Source: a virus
Direction: 5' to 3' (one strand)
DNA length: 64,000 nucleotides
Virus record (IMG/VR): IMGVR_UViG_3300037808_000364
Location: 32,001-96,000 of that record
Shown here: in pieces, positions 12,001-21,200 of the stretch
Layout of the letters: each line of letters opens with the position of its first letter
Numbering within the stretch: position 1 is the first letter of the stretch
Position numbers and translations under genes: made by a program
Notes under the pieces: model-generated
What the model was told of the DNA's origin: nothing
Database searches by the model: none
What the model saw: only the letters and a program-made list of their open reading frames with translations

Positions 12001-12192
12001 AGCGGCTCCTGTAGCTCTTTGAACTTCCTCTCTGACGTTTCTTACCGCTCTCTGTGCCTGTGCAGCACCACGTACCTCGACAGGTACCTCAATAGGGCGA
12101 CCGGATAGTTGATTCCGAATCTGCCCCAGTACCTGTCGAGAGTTGGTGGGTGCTTGTAGCTGTAGTTGTGCAGTCAGTACGAATCTAGACAT
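6010..12192 (-). CDS. Tail tape measure protein (2060 aa)
   Basis: TP901-type TMP core in the N-terminal region (ARESAESISTGLRTIFTR-like motif), Ala/Gly-rich helical composition, three DTVPA(M/L)LTPGEFV motifs, position after tail tube and chaperones. Confidence 0.93.
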   Translation of the reverse strand: MSRFVLTAQLQLQAPTNSRQVLGQIRNQLSGRPIEVPVEVRGAAQAQRAVRNVREEVQRATGAADALGRSFGLAVKRFAAFTVASRAVSLFTNSLASAVDEAIDFQREIVKIAQVTGTTVKQLDSLENTITGLATGLGVVSRDLLAVTRILSQAGIRGAELEVALSSLAKSTLAPTFDDITQTAEGAIAVIRQFEQGVGALEGQLGSINAVAGAFAVESGDLIGAVRRFGGVFKSAGGSLEELLALFTSVRQTTRESAESISTGLRTIFTRVQRPETIQYLRELGVELTNAEGRFIGPFKAAQALGKAFADLPAGDTKFISIAEELGGFRQIGKVIPLLQQYKVAQEALNVAKSGQTSLDKDAATAQQALAVQITKVKEEFLALVRGIASSTSFQVFTRTALSLASAFIKIADTVKPLIPLLGAVAAFKFAQGFGSFLGGAGAAVRGLQTRNQGGPIRKFASGGIVPGVGNGDTVPAMLTPGEFVIRKSSVGKMGAGTLAAMNDNKFAAGGVVNVKNPRQYGALVLDQQTGSDIASGAVELSGSANRHINRVVGPRTGSIDDKDLKRYAATLTSTQQRGFGLDLPPRSKKSLTAGKIKIGTQSREALTESYKKENVRRKKGQELDYQIRGPFSVFGIGSPDSVQGELQQEFAKGASKALDAGAQSIFDSNLAESLSIGPLKFEDGHNFRVRDVLKGAQSTIEGYLLEAVIGAAGDLETGPDNSGQSGIRADFDFPNITKGSKKKLAKLFDPDDNLGPLKRGDAKRTRTTAVQGDGRLVNKIAKDLKKSDFTITKANKGGGIGGGTDTVPALLTPGEFVINKSAASKIGASNLNSMNKSGVAKFAKGGAVGGVQRFRGGGGVTEGGGIGFTGLSIVIPAVQAAISSLGDKSKEASDSTFKATVATEKFFQAVTAVGVALFGLKAANKYIDGFSKGIEEGTVGFGKMKKAQQDATKATELSATSENAEASSGTDSSESGLSKKRVSLAEQAIESEKLVAQSAEKTAKKREKTIVGIQKQEEVAFAEFKKRKKAEIDFAPQFEVAKSEQATIGRGEDRLQELKDKRSAAAKDIQQGSERRSHPGFRGKSTKELLKEQQALSKEIQFQTQHVNNMKVAFKDSSKVIKQGENLTENRTASQKRHSKTLKAVQAGEKSLERARVRSQKAALKAAQSEEKLANRRRRLAGAAKFGGKAVTGAAAAIVSIKGIANAIGGYVQELSQRQAEQAKDKGDVSGAADAAGAGAFAKGITDAFSVSGFAQIATDAFSGTNNFFDGLAKQVRQSRATTAADTATSNLSDLNKTLSKDNNPFKLDGGGINVQAALSTVLGGTNEARSEVAQLEEGKNKKSQEAKINIESAKTLTTLISSGASLAQAEEAALGLAGANQETQEEMLKLARVSITLRDAQVQLGKANFDSLKITSAFGGANAAVKAFTAGLTTGSSSLEGYIIQLESARKNIGVDSGAAIDAIEKQLLSTAGGAGGGGLAAALSGQADVARASSGFSQNIGGIVSNFDVNRGNPAASKGKLTEALVEAIPADASPEIRKQIRDLISSNVSAIEPKDLATTDISKLIQKIGTDAQALSSGFFEAAKLQSQHNVTMSKLYQEREKVEATAAESLNKAIDTQIEAGKAFEAFGGARLTTQQQTQARISQFNNVGGLGGLGASLKGGGAGDIRRVATEITNTFNSQQGAFVRDIAGRSATGGAGIFAGPEGVQNDQRPEAQRANAALITFTKQRISLLKEELTIVQAKNREEKSSLEKLISGDVQGFIEGQAAAGAGAALRSGSSGLTSLFSGSALGAGFKSLKGQGLSDKQLRSAEDETLKRFGITGNGALSGTTPEQEAFKAEGRELAGVLGDLAGQGAQFDVSEIAVNKATIIASEVVFTKELGNIANANQGLAKGGTVYANNGMFVPRGTDTVPAMLTPGEFVVNRSAVQRGNNLQMLRAMNSGGGASGPGYMRGGGRARRNGGGPVEGSSNMLTDAIPALRNVFSDFSSAVDKLANTNFSVKLDTTNVNVNLVNGSFLESMKQNIKDELLAEVGKEIGRSKFNSSGDLTRKGGVLA

Positions 12193-12233
12193 TATTTACC
12201 TTTTGATTTGTAACTAATAGCACACTATCCAAA

Positions 12234-13088
12234 TTAGCTTTCCGTTGCTGGTTTCTTTGTTTTGGGTTTGGGTTTTGGTTTGTCCACAAGGTCATTCTCG
12301 TATTCAACAGTCTCATACTCACCGTCTTCAGTCAGTGGGTTACCATCCTTGTCAATGCGGTTCCCCTTGTCATCAAGATAGTAACCATTTTCATCAATCC
12401 TGCGACCCTCGGTATCAATGAGTTCTTCAGGATTATTAGGGTTAACCAGACTCAGGTCATCATTAACTAGGCTGTAATCCAGTAAGAACTTATTCTCTGG
12501 CAACTTTCTCTCAAAAGAAGAATCTAAGTTATAGAGCATTCGACTTAGACTGGTGGCAGCAGCAAAAGCTATCTCGTCTGAACCCTGGTTGTTATAGTCT
12601 TCAAAGTTTTCATAGACAGGTTTGCCATTTGCGTAGAAGGTACAGTGGGCGACTAAATAGTCAAACCGAGCATTGTCGGCCAAGTTGTCAGCCGTATTCT
12701 CTTCCATAGCTATCTTATCAGTTAAAAGATCTCGTAGCTCCAGTCGTTTCTTACGAATATTAATAGCGACATCTCTACCCTCTGACAGCTTGGGCTTTCG
12801 CTTGCCATTACCGTGAGCTAGTTTTTTCTCTAGATCAATAATGTCCTTCGAGAGGGTTTTCTCTTTCTTGTCTTTAGTCTCATCCCAAATACCCCTTTTC
12901 TCCATAACCATACTCACCTCTTTCTTGGTAAGTACGCCATCTTGAATTGCTTCGTTCCAAGTACGAGACTTATACCTCTCTGCTCGTTTTAGAACGTCAT
13001 TATTGGGTTGGGTAACATAGATGTCAACTTCTTTTTTGTTATCACCCTCTCCAATTTCTACCTTGCTTTCCACTTTCTTCTGAGTCAT
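12234..13088 (-). CDS. Putative tail assembly chaperone (284 aa)
   Basis: Immediately upstream of TMP; charged and helical with D-x-x-G repeats near the C-terminus; function inferred from position. Confidence 0.55.
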   Translation of the reverse strand: MTQKKVESKVEIGEGDNKKEVDIYVTQPNNDVLKRAERYKSRTWNEAIQDGVLTKKEVSMVMEKRGIWDETKDKKEKTLSKDIIDLEKKLAHGNGKRKPKLSEGRDVAINIRKKRLELRDLLTDKIAMEENTADNLADNARFDYLVAHCTFYANGKPVYENFEDYNNQGSDEIAFAAATSLSRMLYNLDSSFERKLPENKFLLDYSLVNDDLSLVNPNNPEELIDTEGRRIDENGYYLDDKGNRIDKDGNPLTEDGEYETVEYENDLVDKPKPKPKTKKPATES

Positions 13089-13450
13089 TAGTTTTCCTCG
13101 CCTTCTTTAGTTCTGACCGGTAGTACGGTCGAATATCGTAACCACTTAACCTCATATTGAGCCAACTCAGCATCAACATTACGGGCTTGTGTATTCCCCT
13201 TATCCAAAATTTCAGATCTTACCTTCTGAAATGTATCATACATCATCTTCTGTTCTGGTGACATCTCGCCGTCACCCGAGTTCCATAAGAAGGAAAAGTG
13301 TTCTTCAAGTGAGCTAAGTGCTCCAATCATTGTAGTTTCCACTTTCTTCTTCAAGATTTTAGACAGTCGCTCATTAGAGTCCTGTCTATACTTATCATCT
13401 CTTTGCACCCTGTATTCCGCCTGCTGTCTTATCAGGTCGTCATATCCCAT
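13088..13450 (-). CDS. Hypothetical protein, tail assembly region (120 aa)
   Basis: TAATG-coupled to the next gene; GGAG RBS. Confidence 0.6.
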   Translation of the reverse strand: MGYDDLIRQQAEYRVQRDDKYRQDSNERLSKILKKKVETTMIGALSSLEEHFSFLWNSGDGEMSPEQKMMYDTFQKVRSEILDKGNTQARNVDAELAQYEVKWLRYSTVLPVRTKEGEEN

Positions 13451-13452
13451 GT

Positions 13453-14487
13453 CTATCTCCCTCCAGTTCCCTTAAAATTGTCAAGCTGCTGTTTCCTAAT
13501 ATCCAGTTGTCTGTCCTGAAAATCTAGGTCAACCGCAACGCCTTTCTTTTTAGCCGTAGCTAGTCTTTGTTTTCTTACTATGTCGCTATGAATACCATTC
13601 ATAGAATGGATAGATTCTGCCTCTTTCTTTGAGTCTGTAACAATAAGGATTTCACTTGAGTTGGCGATCTTACTGTTAGAGCGTTTTTCCATCTCTGTTT
13701 TGATTTTTTCTGACTCTTGTTTTTGCCTCTGGAGGATAAACCAGCCGTCTAGCATGTCGTCATCGTTTATCACGTCTTCCGTGGGGCAATCCATTGACTC
13801 TTGTATGTTGTCATACATGTTTGACCAGATCAAGATTCCCTTTTGATCATTGGATAACTCACGGTCGTCTATGTTTTTAAAGAGGGCCGAGTGGTCTTTC
13901 ATTAGCCAGCACAGACGCCAAGGGTCGTTCCGTGCTAGTTCCCTCAGTTGTGTTTCATTTAGTAGCATCCTATTGTAGTCGTAGAACAGAGAAGAAACAT
14001 CAATGTTTTCACAGTCTAGCGGTTCAGAACCAACAAAGCAACATCTTTCGAAGAGAGCTAGTGACTTATCTTGTGAAGCGAGTCCCTCACAAGTTTTGCT
14101 AAACAGTTCGTTTTTCTCTGCTACCAACTCAGACTTCGAAGTCTCTCCCGCCCTGAGATACTTACGGATCATGTTTACACGACCCTCATCATTTTTACCC
14201 TCAAAGATGCCAACCTTTAGTTTGTCAAGATCTTTCTGAATACCCTCTATCTTCTCGTCTTTTTCCTCAGACCAGAGATCACGCTCCTTCATCCATTCCC
14301 ACATCTCTTCTTCTGTGAAGATGCTGTCCATCTGTGCTTGTTCGTATGACTCTTTGAAGACTTCGTTTGATAGAAACTCATCTTCAATAGTTGGAGTCAA
14401 AATCTTAACCAGAATACCCTCTAACTTAATGTAGTAGACCCCTGATCTCAGTCGTGACACAAAATACTCCCGCTCATAAGAGTTCAT
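13453..14487 (-). CDS. Hypothetical protein, possible tail assembly chaperone (344 aa)
   Basis: Long charged ORF between tail tube and TMP. Confidence 0.55.
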   Translation of the reverse strand: MNSYEREYFVSRLRSGVYYIKLEGILVKILTPTIEDEFLSNEVFKESYEQAQMDSIFTEEEMWEWMKERDLWSEEKDEKIEGIQKDLDKLKVGIFEGKNDEGRVNMIRKYLRAGETSKSELVAEKNELFSKTCEGLASQDKSLALFERCCFVGSEPLDCENIDVSSLFYDYNRMLLNETQLRELARNDPWRLCWLMKDHSALFKNIDDRELSNDQKGILIWSNMYDNIQESMDCPTEDVINDDDMLDGWFILQRQKQESEKIKTEMEKRSNSKIANSSEILIVTDSKKEAESIHSMNGIHSDIVRKQRLATAKKKGVAVDLDFQDRQLDIRKQQLDNFKGTGGR

Positions 14488-14498
14488 AATTAAACCTT

Positions 14499-14628
14499 AC
14501 AAGTGCGGGAGTAGTATGTATTCATTGATAATCCTTCCTTACATCTCGATCTCACTTGCTGTCCGAATAAAACGCTATCGCAAAACGAGATGTAGTTCCA
14601 CTGACAACAAAAACTTGCCAGCACCTGT
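14499..14628 (-). other. Structured intergenic element (multi-stem) between tail tube and next gene
   Basis: Complementary segments 14499-14506/14621-14628, 14540-14548/14586-14594 (9 bp perfect), 14601-14607/14615-14621. Confidence 0.5.
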
Positions 14629-14631
14629 TAC

Positions 14632-15828
14632 TTAGGGATTTGTATATCCACCGAAGACACCAGACGGGAATGTTCCAGCACCCGTGTCGTTAGCAAAACC
14701 GTTGGTGTCTACTCCAGCATTTAAAGAATCGAAGCCGAAATAACCATTCTGAAGGTCTTGAACGTCCAAGCTGTTAAAGTTAGAATAACTGTAGGTAATA
14801 CTTACGTTGCCACCACCAGCATCTCCACCGCCGTATGTCATACTAGCAAGACGATTCTTACTACCAAGGTCGAAGCCATAACCACAACGCATTGTCAGGA
14901 AGATAACTTCACTACCCGTATTATTACCAGAGTCGATAGTTCCGTAAAGCGTAGGATCACCAAACTCATAGGCAGACACGAAGTCACCAGAGGTAGTGAT
15001 AGCTTCGATTTCTGTACTTACTTCAATAGGAAAGTTGGCAGGACGGTAGTAAGGAGTCTTACGGCCAAGTTCCAGAACGTCTTCACGAGAGAAGTCTGTA
15101 CTTGTGGAGAAGTTTTGAACGTGGATAAGTGGTGTAGTTCCAGTTATGGCATTACCATATCCACTACCAACAACCCCAGTAATACTGGCTGGAAGAATTG
15201 ACGCTGAGAGCATAACATCCTCACGACGCTGAATACCACCAGAAGCAGAACCAGCAACACCAAAGGATCTTGGACTATCATTACCATCAAAGTCTGCAAC
15301 GGTAGCGTCGAGGATCTTTACGTTTCCGGCAGTAAGCCATTGTTTGTTGTTACCTACTAGTGTAACAGATTCTGTAGCATTTCCTTCAACGGGGACCGTA
15401 TAGGAAAGACTTGAAACAAACATACCAGAACAATAAACCTCAACTACCGCCTTACCAGAGTTAGAAGAAGAAGAAGCAATATTGTTAGCCGACTCGTCAA
15501 AAATACCAAGTCGAAGGTCACACTGTTCAGCAGCACGAGCCGCCAGACCACTATTAGCTGTTCCAGCAACTCCACTAGTAGCCATATGGTAAAGAAGTGG
15601 GTAACCGTCGAATACCTTTTCCAAGGTCACTTCAACGTCTGGAGTTCCTTCGATATTCTCGAAGATCTCAATCTGACCAAGCTCAAACGCCTGCTCTAGG
15701 TTGAAACTTGTATTAACACCTACGCTCTGAACGCCGTGGGCCATATCTCCAATAGCCAAGACATCATCACCTTGATTGGTGATTGCAACGCCCTGACAAG
15801 CGTAAAATATTCTATTGTTTGATGACAT
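14632..15828 (-). CDS. Major tail tube protein (398 aa)
   Basis: Beta-rich with internally repeated tube motifs (GVQSVGVNTSFNLEQAFELGQ / VQNFSTSTDFSREDVLELGR); strong AGGAGA RBS; own upstream late-promoter motif; position. Confidence 0.8.
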   Translation of the reverse strand: MSSNNRIFYACQGVAITNQGDDVLAIGDMAHGVQSVGVNTSFNLEQAFELGQIEIFENIEGTPDVEVTLEKVFDGYPLLYHMATSGVAGTANSGLAARAAEQCDLRLGIFDESANNIASSSSNSGKAVVEVYCSGMFVSSLSYTVPVEGNATESVTLVGNNKQWLTAGNVKILDATVADFDGNDSPRSFGVAGSASGGIQRREDVMLSASILPASITGVVGSGYGNAITGTTPLIHVQNFSTSTDFSREDVLELGRKTPYYRPANFPIEVSTEIEAITTSGDFVSAYEFGDPTLYGTIDSGNNTGSEVIFLTMRCGYGFDLGSKNRLASMTYGGGDAGGGNVSITYSYSNFNSLDVQDLQNGYFGFDSLNAGVDTNGFANDTGAGTFPSGVFGGYTNP

Positions 15829-15865
15829 CTATATCTCTCCTGTTAAAGTGGAAGATCTCTGTTAA

Positions 15866-15878
15866 ATTATACACAAAA
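15866..15878 (-). promoter_or_regulatory. Putative late promoter TTTTGTGTATAAT
   Basis: Same motif recurs upstream of several late genes, without a -35 box. Confidence 0.7.
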
Positions 15879-15881
15879 GCA

Positions 15882-16862
15882 CTAAATATTTGATTTTATG
15901 CCTTCTGTGGTGAATCGCACTACTCCACCGAACAATTCCGGTGTAGTTAGTTCCATTTCCTCAGACTTAGCCTGTTGTAGTCTGAATTTTCCTGCGTTGT
16001 ATGTTTCGATGAGATCTGGATACAATAGGGCACTGGGAACAGGCGAACCACCCGCATCTAGTGGGAAAACACCAGAAGAATCTAATTTATCTCCATCGAT
16101 AGAGTATACACATTTGTCACTTTGAAGTGAAACTATGTCTACCAGTTTATTCCTAGTGGACTCGTCCTCAGCTATACAATGGAACAAAACATCAGTATAA
16201 ACCCACTGACCGCCCCCAATCTGGTAACCCTTGAAACCCCTTTTGGGAAGTACTTCCACCGCTATAGCGGGGAGTTGAACCCTACTTTCTGGTGGTAAAT
16301 CCCATTTTCCTGTACTAACATCATAAAATCTACTGGTAGGATGATTGGTTCTAGACTGAACTTCTTTTAGCCACGGGATATTGTTTGCATAGACGACATT
16401 GATATACTTATAACTGAATTCTGCTTGAACTTTTGTGCCAGTAGGAAGGGCACTATCGAAGATAACCCTGCCATAGAAGTAGTCTACGTTGTGTGCGTAT
16501 GTACCAACTCCTGAAGAGGGTTCAAATGTGTCATTAATATAAACCCCGCTAATTCCGGGGAAGTTTGCATCACTGCCCACAATTGGTGCTGGCATATTTA
16601 CACCAGATACTCCACTCTGCCACACCCAGTTGCCTCTGAAACCCTCCCAGACCTGCCCAGAGACGAAGGCGTCGTTGGACGACATTCTTAACCTGCTCAT
16701 ATCCTGACCGTTAGGAGAGGTCTCAGCTAAGTCTACGTTGAAATAATTACCCTTCTCTAATAGTGCCCAATCCCAATACTCGACCAGTGCGTCCTGAATA
16801 CTATTACTCAGGGAATAGTCGTGTACAGAGTCAAATCCTTTGAGTGGGGAATAAATTGTCAT
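15882..16862 (-). CDS. Putative tail terminator/completion protein (326 aa)
   Basis: LPAIAVE motif and position directly before tail tube. Confidence 0.55.
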   Translation of the reverse strand: MTIYSPLKGFDSVHDYSLSNSIQDALVEYWDWALLEKGNYFNVDLAETSPNGQDMSRLRMSSNDAFVSGQVWEGFRGNWVWQSGVSGVNMPAPIVGSDANFPGISGVYINDTFEPSSGVGTYAHNVDYFYGRVIFDSALPTGTKVQAEFSYKYINVVYANNIPWLKEVQSRTNHPTSRFYDVSTGKWDLPPESRVQLPAIAVEVLPKRGFKGYQIGGGQWVYTDVLFHCIAEDESTRNKLVDIVSLQSDKCVYSIDGDKLDSSGVFPLDAGGSPVPSALLYPDLIETYNAGKFRLQQAKSEEMELTTPELFGGVVRFTTEGIKSNI

Positions 16863-17488
16863 TTGAAGACATCCTGCAGGATTGAAGAGAGTTCTTTATC
16901 TCTACCTTTAAGTGCTCTTGTTATGAAATTATCCTGTTGAGATCCAGAATATTGAGGAGGAATACGCCATACTCCACCCTTTTTCATAGTACCACCGCCC
17001 GATCTACCAGAGAAATCAGGAGTGTAAGAATAACCGTAAACAATAGTCTTGGTTCCTTCCATCAAGAGCCAGTTCAGCCAGTGAAGGGGGGAACTGTCTG
17101 TAACCACAAACCCACTAGGCAAATCTAGTAGAGTTCGAAAGTTGGAAGGTTGTATGTTGAAATCCACGCCTCCACGTAGTCTACTATCTATTGGTCTTAT
17201 CTTAACCTCTAGGGTAGACAATACCGCTTGGATAATTTCAGCCGACGCAATAGCACCCTGACCCATAGTTAACCCAAATTGTGCGTTTAGTTCACCGGCC
17301 ACACCCTCACTTTGTAAACTCGCAATCTCTGGTTGAGAAGTAATCCAGCCCTCTAGGGCCATCTTAATTCTCTCGGAAACCCTCTTACTACTTTTATTCA
17401 CGAGTTTATTCAACTCTTTAGCAATGGCTTCGTTGATCTTTTTCTCTATCTGAGAGTCAGAATCTACTAATTTGAGATTTATGGTCAT
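16859..17488 (-). CDS. Putative neck/tail-completion protein (~209 aa)
   Basis: More likely start is ATG 17488 (ATGA overlap with upstream stop) than 17509; LHWLNWLLMEG motif; position. Confidence 0.55.
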   Translation of the reverse strand: MTINLKLVDSDSQIEKKINEAIAKELNKLVNKSSKRVSERIKMALEGWITSQPEIASLQSEGVAGELNAQFGLTMGQGAIASAEIIQAVLSTLEVKIRPIDSRLRGGVDFNIQPSNFRTLLDLPSGFVVTDSSPLHWLNWLLMEGTKTIVYGYSYTPDFSGRSGGGTMKKGGVWRIPPQYSGSQQDNFITRALKGRDKELSSILQDVFK

Positions 17489-17970
17489 GCCGCCCTCTCC
17501 CAGAAACAACCAAAGTATCTATTTTGCCTAAGACCCATAGGCCACGGTTCACCGAACATGGTAAACTTGTATTCTCTTAGGGTCTCAATATTTTGGTGGA
17601 CAAGTAAGTGTTTAGCCCTCATTATCTTATCAAGATCAGTCGCAAAGAAAATGGTTTGTATGCTGTTGTCTGGGACAACTATGTTGTTACCAACCTTGAC
17701 CCAGTCTTTACTATTCCAATAAACCTTGAGCTTAATAGTCTCCGTGGTCTCCACCTCTTTGTACGTCTTATTTTCCCTTTTATAGTCACCAATATGTTGT
17801 CTGTGTGCATTTATAGATTTGTTCTGAGGAATGTTGTCAAACGTATTTGAAATCTCTTCTACGTTCTCTACAAATACCAATGTGCAATCGACACCGAAGA
17901 TATCGGTAATCGTAGAGTCAATGATATCATAGTACTTTGTGAAAACACTTTCTGGGATATTGATAGGCAT
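17485..17970 (-). CDS. Putative head closure protein (161 aa)
   Basis: Size, beta-rich composition and position in the neck cluster. Confidence 0.5.
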   Translation of the reverse strand: MPINIPESVFTKYYDIIDSTITDIFGVDCTLVFVENVEEISNTFDNIPQNKSINAHRQHIGDYKRENKTYKEVETTETIKLKVYWNSKDWVKVGNNIVVPDNSIQTIFFATDLDKIMRAKHLLVHQNIETLREYKFTMFGEPWPMGLRQNRYFGCFWERAA

Positions 17971-17981
17971 AGTAACCCCTA

Positions 17982-18185
17982 TTAAGATGCACCACCGCCA
18001 TAGTGTTCGTCGAACCTACCACTAAGCCTAATGTCCATGACACCGGAATCAACAAATGAGTTGACTTCAGGTGTTCGAACCTGTAAAGACCCAGAACCAG
18101 TTTCGGTCACCATGACAACGAGTGATCCATTCTGAATCCCACCGCCAGAAGATTTAGCTGGTTGAACTACGTATGGATGTGCCAT
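17982..18185 (-). CDS. Small hypothetical virion protein (67 aa)
   Basis: GGAG RBS; fills the gap in the operon; SG-rich like neighbours. Confidence 0.6.
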   Translation of the reverse strand: MAHPYVVQPAKSSGGGIQNGSLVVMVTETGSGSLQVRTPEVNSFVDSGVMDIRLSGRFDEHYGGGAS

Positions 18186-18231
18186 TTTTTACTCCAAAAG
18201 TATGATTATCTACGTTAAGTAGACAGAAAAG

Positions 18232-21200
18232 TTACATTAAAGTGGTTGTTGGTATTTTGTGCCAATGATAGGCACCGGCTTGTAGAATGCAAATCGCTAG
18301 ACCTCGATCTGTCCCGAAGTCGTAAGTAGCAACTACACCCTCTCCCACTGGGATAATATCTCCCGCAGAATTCACGAGAGTAGTGTTAGGATACGACGTT
18401 GCGGCGAGTGTGACAGCATGTGGAAATCTCAGCCAACCTTTTTCGTTTACGATTTCGTTCGTTGCGGAATTTAGTGAGGTCGTAGCACTTAGGGTTTGAG
18501 TCTTCAGTAAGCCAGCAGCCTGACTAGAGACAATGCCGTCTGAGGAGTGTAGATTTAACAGTAGTGCAGAGTCAGTCGTTGAGTCTGGAGTGATATTTAC
18601 GGTTGCCAGCAGGATATCAGAAATGGTTCTGTAGGTGTTGTTTAATTTGGCACCCACATGAAGATTTACAGGGTTCATTACGCCCTGAATAGCTTCTCCA
18701 ACGTCTAGTACGTAGTCTTCATCAGCATCGCTCCAATCAGCACTATAACCAGTGAGGAACTTGCTGTTTAGAATAATAGAATCGCTGCCACTACGATTTT
18801 GACCAGCTTGTCTACCCATTAGGATATTATTATAAGTACCACTAGCACCTAAGCCAGCCCTATATCCAATGGCTACGGTGTAGTCCATATCTTGCCCTTC
18901 TTTTAGGACTTGATACCCTATCCCTACACAGTGTGCTGTACCATTATATTGACCAGAGGTATTGTATTGAGATTGATAACCAATGTATACATTACCCAAA
19001 CCATCTTCAGTGAAATATCCAGCCGATGCTCCAAGGTTAACACTGTACTTAACGCCAGTAGATCCTACTCCCGCGTACTCTCCAATATTGACCATATGCT
19101 CGTTAGAGAAGTTGTTATCTTCTATCCACTTTCCTCCAGCATATTTTCCAATATTGATATTGTCTACACCAGAGTGATGATGACTACCAGCATAGTAACC
19201 CATGCTAATATCATACCCATCGACCGCACCATCTTGATATAATCCGGCCCAAGTACCTATTGATATATTGTTTACGGTTCTTCTACCCTGATTAGCTGTG
19301 AGATAGCTTCTTTGATGTCCCGCACCAACACCAATCCCGATATTGGCACTACCAGAGCAATGAACCAAACTTTTGTAACCTAAACCTATACTCAAGTTGG
19401 CGTGTGAGCCAACTCCACTCATAGCTAGATCGCCTATAGCTACTATGCCAGCCCACTGTTCTTGATCTGCTAGAGGTTCAGTCAACACATAGCTACCGAT
19501 AGCAACTATACCTGAATTTGTCGAGCTACTATCGTTAGCAGCAACATTAGCAATGTTTTCGCCAATAATAACACTACCCGGACCTCCACTATATCCTATT
19601 GATAGACCTTTGTTTATAACAATAGGCGAACTACCGCTAAAGGTAACAAATCCCCCATTGGAGATACCTAGGCGTGATAAGCTACCACTACCCGCTGGGT
19701 CCATGATGTAGTTACTGTTTTGTTGAATAAGACCACTAGTTGCACCGCCTAGCGTTATTAGATCAACCTGACCGGATGCGTAAGCGGCAATACCACTAAC
19801 ACCACTGACGGAAATGGGACCATTCTCATTTGACAAGAACCCTGTATTGGTGTCTATTCCTGCTTGAAGTACACCAGAAAGACCGCTGGCACCGATCCGG
19901 AATGTATTGCTGGCAGCATCATACTCAGCACGTACACCACTTACGCCGCTGATCGTTACCGTCTCAGTGCTTGTGATGATATCGTCTGCAACATCACCAT
20001 TGGTAACGTTGAATGTGTAGTTTGAAGAAGGGTCGTATCCAATAGAATAAAGGCCAGAGCTATTCGTACCATCTGTTAGGTCGGTGAAGTCTATATGTAT
20101 ACCACTAACTCCAGAGAACGCTATAACAGAGTCCTTCTCCATTAGCTTCAATGAGTTGTTACCAGCATCAACCCCACTAGCCATTGAGTAGAACTGGAAG
20201 TTTGAAGCTGTAATTTGGTTTTGAAGAACACCCGAAAGATTACCAGCATCAACTATTATTTGTCTGTTACCAGAATCAATTTGTGTATCTACGTGAATAC
20301 CGCTAAACAAAACGGTTTGACCAGTAGTAATCTCAACGCCAGAGTCAGCAGTGTCATCAATTTGACTGCGAAGATCAAAGCTGGAAAATCCACCACCAAC
20401 AGATACAGCAACGCCATTAAACTTCAGTGTTCCAGCGTCGTTATACAGGCGGTTAGTAGTAGTATTCATCCAATCTGCTGGAGTTATAGCTTCTAGTAGT
20501 AGACCACCACTAGGGTTCATACATCCACTGGTGATGACATCTCCACTGTTTGTGATGTGGTAGAACGTGGTAGCGTCACCAGATTGCAACTGCATATAAG
20601 GAGTAGAGCTACCAGACGCTGGATGACGTACGATAAACGCTGCGTCATCATTTTCCTTAGGTGTTACAAAGACGGTCGCTCCCGGAGAAGCATCCGATGG
20701 GTTACCAAACCCAACCTTACCACCATAAATATCTCCAACGATAGTATTACCTATGTTGATCTTACCGCTAGCCTCTGTTCCCAGAAAACTAGCCGCCGCT
20801 CCAGAACCAATGATCTCAATGTTTTCATTACCAGAGACGGCTACACCAGCGTTATTACCTATGTAGATATTGTTGGTACCACTAGCAGACTCAGCAGCGT
20901 CAGTACCAATACCTACTACGTCGATGAGATTAAGGCCAGATCGTCCAGCACGCTCACCTATAAAGTTAGACTGGTCTATACCTGAAGCATACATTAGGGT
21001 CTTATTACCTAGTGCCACAGAGTTTTGAACTCCAGACGCTTCTCTAGCGACTGAACTACCCAAACCAATCAACTCTTGTAGAGCCGCAGATCCACTAGCT
21101 GACTGAACACCTATAAGATAACAATTAGTAAGACCCGCTGATTCACTCGCAGAATCTCTACCAGCCGCAAATACGTCGGTTAGATTGGACGAGTTGTATG

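Noticed and set aside
12234-14487. Programmed frameshift in tail assembly chaperones
   Set aside because: The three ORFs each have their own start and stop; no convincing slippery site with an overlapping downstream frame was identified by eye.
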